Positions 10,341-19,219 of a stretch of DNA of 61,930 bases are shown here, one piece after another. The stretch spans positions 1-61,930 of the forward strand of contig JBBAVM010000003.1 in assembly GCA_040397685.1 (NCBI GenBank), read 5' to 3'. Source of the DNA: Pirellulales bacterium. Its GTDB lineage: Bacteria; Planctomycetota; Planctomycetia; Pirellulales; UBA1268. Below the pieces are notes generated by a model. The model searched no databases. It saw only the letters and a list, made by a program, of their open reading frames with translations, and was not told the origin of the DNA. How positions within the stretch are numbered: position 1 is the first letter of the stretch; each line of letters starts with the position of its first letter. Made by a program: the position numbers and the translations under genes.

Positions 10341-10652
10341 CTAGCCTTGCAGCATCCGCGAGCGGGCGAGGGCGTCTTCGGCCTCGGCGATTCGGCCGCC
10401 ACGCATGCAGGCGACGCTCAACGCCGTGTAACTGAAGGGATCCTTCGGCTCGAGTTCACAAACGCGGCGGGCGTGCTTGACGGCTTCGTCATGCCGCTCG
10501 AGCCGCGTGCACCACGCGGCGAGCGCCGAGTGGGCGAGGGCGAAGTCGGGGTCGGCGGCGACCACGCCTTCGAGCAGCGCGATCGCCTCGGCCAGTTTGC
10601 CTTCGTTCTTGAGCACCTCCGCCGCCTCGTACCGTTCTTCGCGACTGGCCAT
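10341..10652 (-). CDS. Small TPR-repeat protein (103 aa)
   Basis: ORF with two or three TPR-like units (EGKLAEAIALLEGVVAADPDFALAHSALA..., HDEAVKHARRVCELEPKDPFSY...). Confidence 0.6.
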   Translation of the reverse strand: MASREERYEAAEVLKNEGKLAEAIALLEGVVAADPDFALAHSALAAWCTRLERHDEAVKHARRVCELEPKDPFSYTALSVACMRGGRIAEAEDALARSRMLQG

Positions 10653-10935
10653 CGACTGCTGGGCTCCCTCGGGGGTGCGGACGCGGCATGACCGGCGAAC
10701 GGCTCATGCGACACGACCGCAGTCTACCGCGGCGGACCCGCCCGAGGAGCCCTTCGCGCCGCCGGGGCGGGGACCGCGCGGCGGATGACGGGGAGGACCG
10801 GGCGACCGGGGAAACCTGTGCACCCGGCTGGAAAATTGCCATTGAATCGAGGCGGTTTCGAGCCGATAAACCCCCGCGTCGCGAGGGTCGGCTCGTCCAG
10901 CCGCCCTGCAGTCGTCCCGCCACCATGGGCGTGTC

Positions 10936-11793
10936 TTGAGCATCCATCCGCTGGCCGCCGTGAGTCCGGAAGCCCGCCTCGGCGCGGGGGTCACGGTCGG
11001 CGCCTTCGCCACGATCGAAGCGGGCGTCGAGCTCGGTGACTTCTGCGTCGTCGCCCCCGGGGCGATCCTGAAAAGCGGCGTCCGCGCCGGCTGCCACAAC
11101 GAATTCGGCGAGCACAGCGTCGTCGGCGGCGCGCCGCAGCACGCCGCGCGGCCGCAGCAGGTCGGCACGCTCGTGATCGGCGACCACAACGTGTTCCGTG
11201 AATACGTGACCGTGCACCGGGCGCTCAAAACCGACACGGCGACGATGATCGGCGATCACAACTACGTCATGGCAACCGCCCACGTGGGGCACGACTGCGT
11301 CGTCGGCAACAACTGCATCTTCGCCAACGGGGCGCTGCTCGGCGGCCACGTGACGGTCGAGGATCGCGCCTTCGTGTCGGGCGCCGTCGCGGTGCACCAG
11401 TTCTGCCGCATCGGCCGGCTGGCGATGGTGGGCGGCCACGCCCGCGTCGTACAGGACATTCCCCCGTACATGCTCGTGGACGGACAGAGCGGCTGCATCG
11501 TCGGCCTCAATATCGTCGGCCTGAAGCGCAGCGGACACGGGGCCGAAGAGATCGCCGAGCTCAAGGCCGCCTACCGCACCATCTACCGCCGCGGCCTGCC
11601 CTGGAAGCAGGTCCTCGAGACGCTCGAGCGGGAGTTCCACAGCGGCCCCGCCCTCAGTCTGCGGAACTTTCTCAACGCCGGCACCCGCGGATTCGCCCAG
11701 GAGCGACGCGCCCCGCCCGCCCCGACGCTGCGGCTGCGAGTGGCCGAAGAGGACGCGACGGGTGATCTCTCCGTGCGATCGCGGGCCGGCTGA
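10936..11793 (+). CDS. lpxA: Acyl-ACP--UDP-N-acetylglucosamine O-acyltransferase
   Basis: 285-aa ORF. Left-handed beta-helix hexapeptide repeats through ~190 aa, then the LpxA C-terminal helical domain (GLNIVGLKRSG...ELKAAYRTIYR). Confidence 0.88.
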   Translation: MSIHPLAAVSPEARLGAGVTVGAFATIEAGVELGDFCVVAPGAILKSGVRAGCHNEFGEHSVVGGAPQHAARPQQVGTLVIGDHNVFREYVTVHRALKTDTATMIGDHNYVMATAHVGHDCVVGNNCIFANGALLGGHVTVEDRAFVSGAVAVHQFCRIGRLAMVGGHARVVQDIPPYMLVDGQSGCIVGLNIVGLKRSGHGAEEIAELKAAYRTIYRRGLPWKQVLETLEREFHSGPALSLRNFLNAGTRGFAQERRAPPAPTLRLRVAEEDATGDLSVRSRAG

Positions 11794-11826
11794 CGCACCG
11801 CACGGCCGCGTCCCACGAGCATCGAC

Positions 11827-13050
11827 TCACGGGGCGCCGTCGCCAGGGTCTTCGTCCGCAGCCCGCCCCGGCCCGGCCTGACCGGTCGAGCCCGGTCCGT
11901 CGAGCCCGAACCGCTGGAGCTTGCGGCGGAGCACCGACCGGTCGATCCCGAGCAGTTTTGCCGCGAGCGACTTGTTTTGCATCGTGGCCGCGAGCGTGCG
12001 TTCCAGATGCAGCCGCTCGACATCGGCGAGCGTCGGCCACTCGTTGCCCACGGCGGCATCGCCCGGCCGTACCGCCGCCCCCGCCGGAGGGTGAGTCGGC
12101 GCGGCGGGCGGTGGAGGCGGCTTCACCGCCGGCTCGACACGAAACACGCCGGGCACCACCGTCGTGGAGAGGATGCCCTGGGCGGCGGCCTGTGCGAGCT
12201 GCGAGAGGTCGTGCGGCGCCGACTGGGGCGGCCCCGCCGCCGCCGCGACGTCGCCACCGTTCACCATGAATCCGCTCAAGGCCTCCGGGTCGATCTCGTC
12301 GCCGGACGAGAACATCACCGCGCGCTCGAGAACGTTTTCCAGTTCGCGGACGTTGCCCGGCCAGGCGTAGGCCTGCAACACGTCGAGGGCGGCCGGGGAC
12401 AGGGTGCATAGCGGCATGCCATGGCGGGCGGCGAGCTCCGCGAGATACCGGGCCGCCAACACGGGCACGTCCTCGGGACGATCCCTGAGCGGGAGGGTGC
12501 GGATCGTGACGACGTTCAGCCGGTAGTAGAGATCCTCGCGAAAGCGGCCCTGGCCGACCTCGCGGCCGAGGTCGCGATTCGTGGCGGCGACCACGCGGAC
12601 ATCGACGGGAATCTCGTCGTGGCTGCCCACGGGCACGACCGTCCGTTGCTGGAGCACCCGCAGGAGCTTGGCCTGCAGCTCCAGTTCCATCTCGCCGATC
12701 TCGTCGAGGAAGATCGTGCCGCCGTCGGCCGCGCGAAAACATCCGAGCGTGGAAGACGTGGCACCGGTGAACGAGCCCTTGACGTGCCCGAACATGTGGC
12801 TCGCGAACAGCGTGCCGGTCGTCACCGCGCAATCGACCGGAATGAACGGCTTCGCGGCCCGTTTGCCCGTGGCGTGGACGGCCCGGGCGATAAGTTCCTT
12901 GCCGGTGCCGCTCGGGCCGAGGATCAGCACGCTCGACTGGTGGGCGGCGACCAGCTCGATCGCCCGTCGCACCTGCTGGGCCCACGGCGACACCCCCGCG
13001 ATCCGATCGAGGGAGAATGCGGCGGCGCGGTGCTGGGAGACGCTTGGCAT
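11827..13050 (-). CDS. Sigma54-dependent transcriptional activator (bEBP) made only of an AAA+ domain and a Fis-type HTH
   Basis: Internal ATG (13050) of ORF 11827..14418: [29 protein letters not shown]... Walker [15 protein letters not shown]-loop variant [17 protein letters not shown]-terminal [28 protein letters not shown]. The AAA+ domain starts by about residue 15. Confidence 0.88.
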   Translation of the reverse strand: MPSVSQHRAAAFSLDRIAGVSPWAQQVRRAIELVAAHQSSVLILGPSGTGKELIARAVHATGKRAAKPFIPVDCAVTTGTLFASHMFGHVKGSFTGATSSTLGCFRAADGGTIFLDEIGEMELELQAKLLRVLQQRTVVPVGSHDEIPVDVRVVAATNRDLGREVGQGRFREDLYYRLNVVTIRTLPLRDRPEDVPVLAARYLAELAARHGMPLCTLSPAALDVLQAYAWPGNVRELENVLERAVMFSSGDEIDPEALSGFMVNGGDVAAAAGPPQSAPHDLSQLAQAAAQGILSTTVVPGVFRVEPAVKPPPPPAAPTHPPAGAAVRPGDAAVGNEWPTLADVERLHLERTLAATMQNKSLAAKLLGIDRSVLRRKLQRFGLDGPGSTGQAGPGRAADEDPGDGAP

Positions 13051-13299
13051 GGGACCGTCGTGATCGCCTTGGGCGCCAGTGAATTTAATGGGGAACTTCC
13101 TCGCACCATCCCCAATCCCTCGAAAATGTACCTTCTGCTGCGGCGACCCGCCATCGGGCGGTCCGGTTGCACCGGTCGAGCCGGTGGGATCGATTCCGGA
13201 AAAAAAGGCGGCCGAGCGTTCGCCTGCGGCGGAAAGATGGGCAAAGATTGAGGTGGTGGACGGTCGCCCACCCGTTGGAGTCCCTGGAGCCGCGCAGGC

Positions 13300-14631
13300 A
13301 TGGATCGGATGTCCGTCGTCACCGCCCCTGGCGTCCAGCTGCGCCGGCGTTCCGGCTGGCCGTGGCTGATCGGCCTCGCCGCCCTCGGCGGCCTCGGCTG
13401 GCTCGCGGCCGATCGCCTGCTCGTCGATCGGAGCCCGATCCTCGTCGGGCTGCTCCACTCGCAGACCGGGCCGATGGCGGTCAGCGAGACATCGATGATC
13501 GACGCCGAGGTGCTCGCGCTCGAAGAGATCAATGCGGCCGGCGGCCTCCTCGGGCGGCCGGTCCGTTGGGTGATCGCCGACGGGGCGTCCGATCCCCAGA
13601 CCTTCGCCCGGCAGGCCGAGAAATTGATTCACGAGGATCGCGTCTCGGTCGTGTTCGGCTGCTGGACGAGCGCCAGCCGGAAGGCCGTGCTGCCCGTGGT
13701 CGAGGCGGCCGATCATCTGCTCGTCTATCCGATGGCCTACGAAGGGCTCGAGCAGTCCCCCAACGTGATCTACACGGGCGCCGCTCCCAACCAACAGATC
13801 ACGCCGGCGGTCCAGTGGTGTTTCGACACGCTCGGCGCCCGGCGGTTCTTCCTCGTCGGGTCGGACTACATCTGGCCGCACTGCGTCAACGCGATCATCT
13901 CCGACCAGCTCGCCGGCCTGGGCGCCGAACGCGTCGGCGAGGCCTACATCCCCTTCGGCAGCACCGACGTCGAAGCCACGGTCAAGGAGATCATCGCGGC
14001 CAAGCCCGACGTGATCCTGAGTTCGGTCGTGGGCGACTCCGCCCTCGCCTTCGCGCGCCAGCTGCGGGCTGCGGGCCTCAAGTCGGAGGACGTGCCCGTC
14101 ATGATGTTCGCGATCGCGGAGGACGAACTGCGGACGGGCGACCGCGACGATTTCGCGGGCCATTACGCCGCCTGGAACTACTTCCAGAGCATCGGCCGGC
14201 CGGAGAACGAGGCCTTCGTCCGCAGTTTCAAGGCCCGGTACGGCAGCGACCGCACGACATCCGACGTGATCGAGTCGGCCTCCGCGAGCGTCCGGCTCTG
14301 GGCCCAGGCGGTCAACGAGGCCGCCACCACCGAGGTGCGGCAGGTGCGCAACGCCATGCGGTCGCAGAGCCTCGATGCCCCCGAGGGGATCATCTCGATC
14401 GATCCGGCCACACAGCACACCTGGCGGCCGGTGTCGATCGGACGGATCCGGCCCGACGGACAGTTCGACATCGTGTGGACGAGTCGCACCGCGGTGCGAC
14501 CGGTGCCGTTCCCGATCTCGCGGTCGCGCGAAGCCTGGGAGCAGTTCGTCTCCGACCTCTATCGGAAGTGGGGAGGCTCGTGGATCAACACGACGGCCCG
14601 GCCGGCCCGCGAACGGGAGGCCGCCCGATGA
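13300..14631 (+). CDS. Membrane-anchored UrtA/AmiC/FmdD-type (urea / short-chain amide) periplasmic solute-binding protein
   Basis: 443-aa ORF. N-terminal anchor [18 protein letters not shown]. Then [36 protein letters not shown]...[17 protein letters not shown]...[20 protein letters not shown]...[11 protein letters not shown]...AAWNYFQS...DAPEG...GQFDIVW, which closely follows the UrtA/AmiC consensus as I recall it. Confidence 0.82.
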   Translation: MDRMSVVTAPGVQLRRRSGWPWLIGLAALGGLGWLAADRLLVDRSPILVGLLHSQTGPMAVSETSMIDAEVLALEEINAAGGLLGRPVRWVIADGASDPQTFARQAEKLIHEDRVSVVFGCWTSASRKAVLPVVEAADHLLVYPMAYEGLEQSPNVIYTGAAPNQQITPAVQWCFDTLGARRFFLVGSDYIWPHCVNAIISDQLAGLGAERVGEAYIPFGSTDVEATVKEIIAAKPDVILSSVVGDSALAFARQLRAAGLKSEDVPVMMFAIAEDELRTGDRDDFAGHYAAWNYFQSIGRPENEAFVRSFKARYGSDRTTSDVIESASASVRLWAQAVNEAATTEVRQVRNAMRSQSLDAPEGIISIDPATQHTWRPVSIGRIRPDGQFDIVWTSRTAVRPVPFPISRSREAWEQFVSDLYRKWGGSWINTTARPAREREAAR

Positions 14632-16694
14632 CGACGTCCCTCACCACGCCCCCGGATGCCGCAGGACCCGCTGTCGCGCAGGCCATGCAACGCTCGATCG
14701 CCGGCCGCCTCTTGTTCTGGTTCCTCGTGATCGCCCTCATTCCGTGTGCGATCCTCACGGCGATCACGGCGCGCATCGCCACGCGGGCGCTCGAGAACTC
14801 GGTCCGCAACAACCTCGTGCACATCGCCGCGTCGAAGGCCCAGGAACTGGAGGCCTACGCGATCGAGCGGGTCCGGGAAGGCATGGCCACGTCGCGTGGG
14901 CCGACGATCGTCCGCGCGGTGCGCGAACTCACGGCCGAAGCCGGGCCCGCGACCGACGCGCTCGACGAGGTCCGGCGGGGCAAACTCGAGGCCGCCGGCC
15001 GGCTGTACGAGGAGTTTCTCGGATACGTCGCCGGCTCGTACGGCTATGCGGAAATCCTCCTGCTCGACGCCACCGGGCGCGTCGTGTTCTCGCTCGACAA
15101 ACAGATCCCGCTCGGCGGCTCCGTGCTCGCCGGCAGCCTGGCCGCCTCGGAACTGGCCGCCGCCTACGACCGGTCGCGGACGCTCCTGCAATCCGAACTC
15201 TCGGGCTTCCAGACCTACGGCGGCGGGCAGCGACCGCTGGCGTTCGTCACCAGCCCGGTCCTCTCCGAAGGGCGGGTCATCGGAGTGCTCGCCATGGGGC
15301 TCGGGCCGGAGCGGGTGTGGCAGGTTCTCTCCGATCTCAGCGGCCTCGGACGCACCGGCGAGATCGTGACCGGCGAACGCCGCGGCCAGACCATGCTGGT
15401 CACCTGCCCGCTCCGCCATGTGCCGGACGCGGCGTTCAAGCTCCAGATTCCACTGGGCGACAACGTCGCCACCGCCACGCAGAAGGCGGCCAGCGGGGGC
15501 CGCGGCTTCGGCCCGGCACGCGACTACCGCAACGCCGACGTGGTGGCCGCCTGGTGCTACCTGCCGAGTTTCCGCTGGGGCATGAACGTGAAGCAGGACG
15601 CCGCGGAGGCGTACGCGCTGGTGAACTTCCAACGCGCCGCGATTATCGGCCTCTCGCTGGCCACGATCCTCGGCGTGACGATCGCGGCGCTCGCCGTCGC
15701 CCGGACGCTCTCGGCGCCGATCCGCACGGCCGTGGACGTCGCGCGGCAGGTGGCCGGCGGCGACCTCCGGGCCCAGGTGGGCGTCACCAGCGACGACGAG
15801 ACGGGCGCCCTCCTGACCGCGATCCAGACGATGACCAACGACCTGCGCGGGCTGATCGGCCGGATCCAGAAATCGTCCGTCGCCCTGATCTCGACCGCGA
15901 CCGCGATCCAGGCCACGAGCAGCGAGCAGCAGCAGGTGATCGCCGACTACGGCGCCTCCACGAGCGAGGCGGTGGCCGCCGTCAAGCAGATCTCGGTCAC
16001 GAGCCAGGAACTCGTGCGCACCATGACCGAGGTCAACGACATGGCCGCGCGGACCGGCCGGATGGCCGCCGAGGGCCGGGGCAACCTCACCGGCATGGAC
16101 GCCACCATGCGGCAACTCGCCGAGAGCACGTCGTCGTTCGGCTCGAAGCTCGCCGTGATCAGCGAGCGTGCCGCCAACATCAACCTCGCCGTGACAACGA
16201 TCACCAAGGTCGCGGACCAGACGAACCTCCTCTCGATCAACGCCGCCATCGAGGCGGAGAAGGCCGGCGAGTACGGCCTCGGGTTCCTCGTCGTCGCCCG
16301 CGAGATCCGGCGGCTCGCCGACCAGACGGCCGTGGCGTCGCTCGACATCGAGCGGATGGTGAAGGAGATGCAATACGCCGTGTCGGCCGGCGTGATGGAG
16401 ATGGACAAGTTCGCCGAGCAGGTGCGGGGCGGCGTGCGCGAGATCGGCGACATCGCCGGCAAGCTCGGGGAGATCATCGGGGCGGTGCAGGGCATCTCCG
16501 GCCGCTTCGGCCAGGTGACCGAGGGGATGCGGGCCCAGTCGCAGGGCGCCGAGCAGATTCGCGAGGCGATGGTGCGGCTCGCGGAGGGGGCCTCGCGCAC
16601 GGCGGCATCGCTCGACGACTTCAACACGGCCACGATCCACCTGCGCGAGGCCGTCGGCGACCTCAAGGAGGAGGTCTCGCGCTTCACGATCTGA
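14628..16694 (+). CDS. Methyl-accepting chemotaxis protein (WspA position) with a large Cache-like periplasmic domain and HAMP
   Basis: ATG overlaps the binding-protein stop (ATGA). Two TM segments flank a ~290-aa domain ([19 protein letters not shown]). HAMP, then signalling hairpin [34 protein letters not shown]. Confidence 0.9.
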   Translation: MTTSLTTPPDAAGPAVAQAMQRSIAGRLLFWFLVIALIPCAILTAITARIATRALENSVRNNLVHIAASKAQELEAYAIERVREGMATSRGPTIVRAVRELTAEAGPATDALDEVRRGKLEAAGRLYEEFLGYVAGSYGYAEILLLDATGRVVFSLDKQIPLGGSVLAGSLAASELAAAYDRSRTLLQSELSGFQTYGGGQRPLAFVTSPVLSEGRVIGVLAMGLGPERVWQVLSDLSGLGRTGEIVTGERRGQTMLVTCPLRHVPDAAFKLQIPLGDNVATATQKAASGGRGFGPARDYRNADVVAAWCYLPSFRWGMNVKQDAAEAYALVNFQRAAIIGLSLATILGVTIAALAVARTLSAPIRTAVDVARQVAGGDLRAQVGVTSDDETGALLTAIQTMTNDLRGLIGRIQKSSVALISTATAIQATSSEQQQVIADYGASTSEAVAAVKQISVTSQELVRTMTEVNDMAARTGRMAAEGRGNLTGMDATMRQLAESTSSFGSKLAVISERAANINLAVTTITKVADQTNLLSINAAIEAEKAGEYGLGFLVVAREIRRLADQTAVASLDIERMVKEMQYAVSAGVMEMDKFAEQVRGGVREIGDIAGKLGEIIGAVQGISGRFGQVTEGMRAQSQGAEQIREAMVRLAEGASRTAASLDDFNTATIHLREAVGDLKEEVSRFTI

Positions 16695-16709
16695 CGCGGG
16701 CCGCGGCCC

Positions 16710-17225
16710 ATGCACATCCTCACCTTCACCGTCGCCGGCCAGCCCTACGCGATTCCTTCACGCAAGGTGCTCGAGGTTCTTCCGCTGGTGCCCGCGCGGC
16801 CCGTTCCGCTCCTGCCCGACTACGTGTCCGGGGTGTTCACATACCGGGGCCAACTCGTGCCGCTGGTGGACCTCGGCCGCCGGTTCGGGGCGCCCGCGGC
16901 GGAGCATGCCGATCGGCGGCGGCTGAGCACCCGGGTGATCATCGTCGAGTTCGCAGGGCCCGCCCCTTCCGCCGACGCTCCGTCGGCCGTCGCCCCCCCG
17001 CGGATGCTGCGGCTCGGGCTGGTCGCCGACGACGTCGTCTCGATCCAGGAGACCATCGGAGACGAGGCGGCGCCGGCGGAGTCGTCGATGACCCACGCGC
17101 CGTTTCTGGGACGCCTCGTGCGTCTTCCCAGCGGCACGGTCCAGATGGTCGTGGTCGAATTCCTGCTGCCGGCGGACCTCGTGCAGGGCCTCGTCGCCGC
17201 CGTTGCCGGAGCCTCCGCATCATGA
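16710..17225 (+). CDS. cheW: CheW-like coupling protein (WspB position)
   Basis: 171-aa ORF: ILTFTVAGQPYAIPSRKVLEVLPL...GVFTYRGQLVPLVDL. Confidence 0.85.
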   Translation: MHILTFTVAGQPYAIPSRKVLEVLPLVPARPVPLLPDYVSGVFTYRGQLVPLVDLGRRFGAPAAEHADRRRLSTRVIIVEFAGPAPSADAPSAVAPPRMLRLGLVADDVVSIQETIGDEAAPAESSMTHAPFLGRLVRLPSGTVQMVVVEFLLPADLVQGLVAAVAGASAS

Positions 17226-18505
17226 CGAACACGGCCGTCCGTGATCCCGGCAGTTGCCCCTCGGCGGAAGACCTCCTCGCGCGCTGGATCGGCCTCGACG
17301 CCGACACGATCGGCTCGGCCTCGATCGCGCGGGCCGTGCGAACCCGCATGGACGCGCTCCGGCTCGTCGAGCCGGCTGCGGCCGTGGCCCGCGCCGAGGC
17401 CGACCCCGCCGAACGCGACCGGCTCGTCGAGGAGGTCGTCGTCGGCGAGAGCTGGTTCTTCCGCGACCCGCAGGTGTTCGCGTTCGTCAGCCGATTCGCC
17501 GCCGCGCGGGCTTCCCTGCCAGACCGCGGCCCGATCCGGATCCTCAGCGCCCCGTGCGCCGGGGGCGAGGAGCCCTACTCGATGGCGATGGCGCTCCTCG
17601 ACGCCGGCGTGGCGCCCGACCGGTTCGCCATCGACGCCATCGACGTCAGCCACCAGGCCCTCGATCGGGCCCGGGAGGGCCGCTATTCGGCGAACGCGTT
17701 CCGCAACGCCGACCTCTCGTTCCGCGACCGCTGGTTTCATCGCGACGGCGCCCAGTCCGTGCTCGACGAGGCGGTCCGCCGGCAGGTCCGGTTCCAGTGG
17801 GCGAACCTGCTCGACGATTCGTTCGTCACGACGGCGCTCGCCGCTGCGCATGCGCCCTACGACGTCGTGTTCTGCCGCAACCTCCTGATCTACCTGACGC
17901 CGCAGGCCCGCGGCACGGTGGAGCAGGTGCTCGACCGGCTCGTGACGGCCGACGGCCTGATCGTCCTCGGGGCCGCGGAGCCGCCGATCCTCAAAGGAGA
18001 GTGGATTCCTGCTGGCGATAGTTCGACGTTCGCCCTGCGCCGCGGCGTTCGCACCTTCGCCGTGCCGGCCCCGGTGCCGCCGCCGCGCCAGCGGCCGACG
18101 GCGCCCCAGCTCCCAGCTCGGCGCAGCGGCGCCACGGTGGCGACGACCACACCACCGACACCCGCGAGCGATGTCCCAGCGCGGCCGCTCGACGACGTGC
18201 TGCGCGAGGCGGGGGCGTTGGCCAACGCCCGGCGATTCACCGAGGCCCTCGCGGTGTGCGAGTCACACGCCCGGGCCGCCGGGCCGGCGCCGGAACTCTT
18301 CTTTCTCATGGGCATGGTGCATCAGTCGGCCGGCGATGCCGACCGTGCCGAGGGGTGCTTCCACAAGACGCTCTACCTCGATGCGTCCCACGACGAGGCC
18401 CTGCTCGCCCTCGCGCTCCTCGCCGGGCAACGTGGTGACGCCGTCATGGCGGAGCACTACCGGCGGTCGGCCGCCCAGATGCACGATCGGAAGGGCACGG
18501 CATGA
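17222..18505 (+). CDS. cheR: CheR-type MCP methyltransferase with C-terminal TPR domain (WspC position)
   Basis: ATG overlaps the cheW stop (ATGA). ESWFFRDPQVF, SAM motif ILSAPCAGGEEPYSMAM, VVFCRNLLIYL. Pro-rich linker, then TPR (FFLMGMVHQSAGDADRAEGCFHKTLYLDASHDEAL). Confidence 0.9.
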   Translation: MTNTAVRDPGSCPSAEDLLARWIGLDADTIGSASIARAVRTRMDALRLVEPAAAVARAEADPAERDRLVEEVVVGESWFFRDPQVFAFVSRFAAARASLPDRGPIRILSAPCAGGEEPYSMAMALLDAGVAPDRFAIDAIDVSHQALDRAREGRYSANAFRNADLSFRDRWFHRDGAQSVLDEAVRRQVRFQWANLLDDSFVTTALAAAHAPYDVVFCRNLLIYLTPQARGTVEQVLDRLVTADGLIVLGAAEPPILKGEWIPAGDSSTFALRRGVRTFAVPAPVPPPRQRPTAPQLPARRSGATVATTTPPTPASDVPARPLDDVLREAGALANARRFTEALAVCESHARAAGPAPELFFLMGMVHQSAGDADRAEGCFHKTLYLDASHDEALLALALLAGQRGDAVMAEHYRRSAAQMHDRKGTA

Positions 18506-19206
18506 GCAGCCTCGGCAAGACCGTGACCGCTCCGATGGAAGAGTGCTGGCGCCGGATCGGCGTGGCGGGCGATCGCAGTTGCCCGGAGCTGCAGACCTTC
18601 ATCCATTGCCGCAACTGCCCCGTGCTCGCGGACGCCGCCCGTACCTTCTTCGACCGCGAGGCGCCGGAGGGCTACCTCGAGGCCTGGAGCCGGATTCTCG
18701 AGGAGCCGGACGTCGCGGTGGCGACCGATGCCACGAGCGTCCTCGTGTTTCGCGTCGGCCGCGAATGGCTCGCCCTGCCCACCCACACCCTCGTCGAAAT
18801 CACGACCCTGCGACCGCTCCACCGCGTGCCCCATCGCACCGCTGGAGGGCTCTCAGGGCTCGTGAACATCCGCGGCCAACTGCAACTCTGCGTCTCGCTG
18901 CACGGTCTGATCGGCCTCGAAGACGCCCCCCCAGCGTTCCACGCCACCGACGAGGGTCCCACGGCCGCGCGGCTGCTCGTCATCGAACAGGCTACGGAAG
19001 CCGGCGGGGGTCGCTGGGTCTTCGCGGCCGACGAAGTCGCGGGCGTCCAGCGGATCGAGCGGTCCTCGCTGCGGGCGGTGCCCTCGACCGTCAGCCAGTC
19101 CACGGCCCATCTCTGCCAGGCGCTCTTCGACTGGCAGGACCGGTCGGTCGGCCTGCTCGACGAGACGCAGCTGTTCGACGGACTCCACGAACTGATCGCG
19201 CGGTAG
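18502..19206 (+). CDS. CheW-like protein with N-terminal four-Cys motif (WspD position)
   Basis: ATG overlaps the cheR stop (ATGA). CWRRIGVAGDRSCPELQTFIHCRNCPV, followed by a CheW fold (VLVFRVGREWLALPTHTLVEI...GLVNIRGQL). Confidence 0.85.
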   Translation: MSSLGKTVTAPMEECWRRIGVAGDRSCPELQTFIHCRNCPVLADAARTFFDREAPEGYLEAWSRILEEPDVAVATDATSVLVFRVGREWLALPTHTLVEITTLRPLHRVPHRTAGGLSGLVNIRGQLQLCVSLHGLIGLEDAPPAFHATDEGPTAARLLVIEQATEAGGGRWVFAADEVAGVQRIERSSLRAVPSTVSQSTAHLCQALFDWQDRSVGLLDETQLFDGLHELIAR

Positions 19207-19219
19207 CGGAGGAGACCAC

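Noticed and set aside
13167-18505. Very long plus-strand ORFs 13167..16694 (1175 aa) and 14375..18505 (1376 aa)
   Set aside because: Only their 3' parts are real (the MCP from 14628 and CheR from 17222). The 5' parts are read-through of other genes in alternative frames, with Arg/Pro/Gly-rich nonsense translation.
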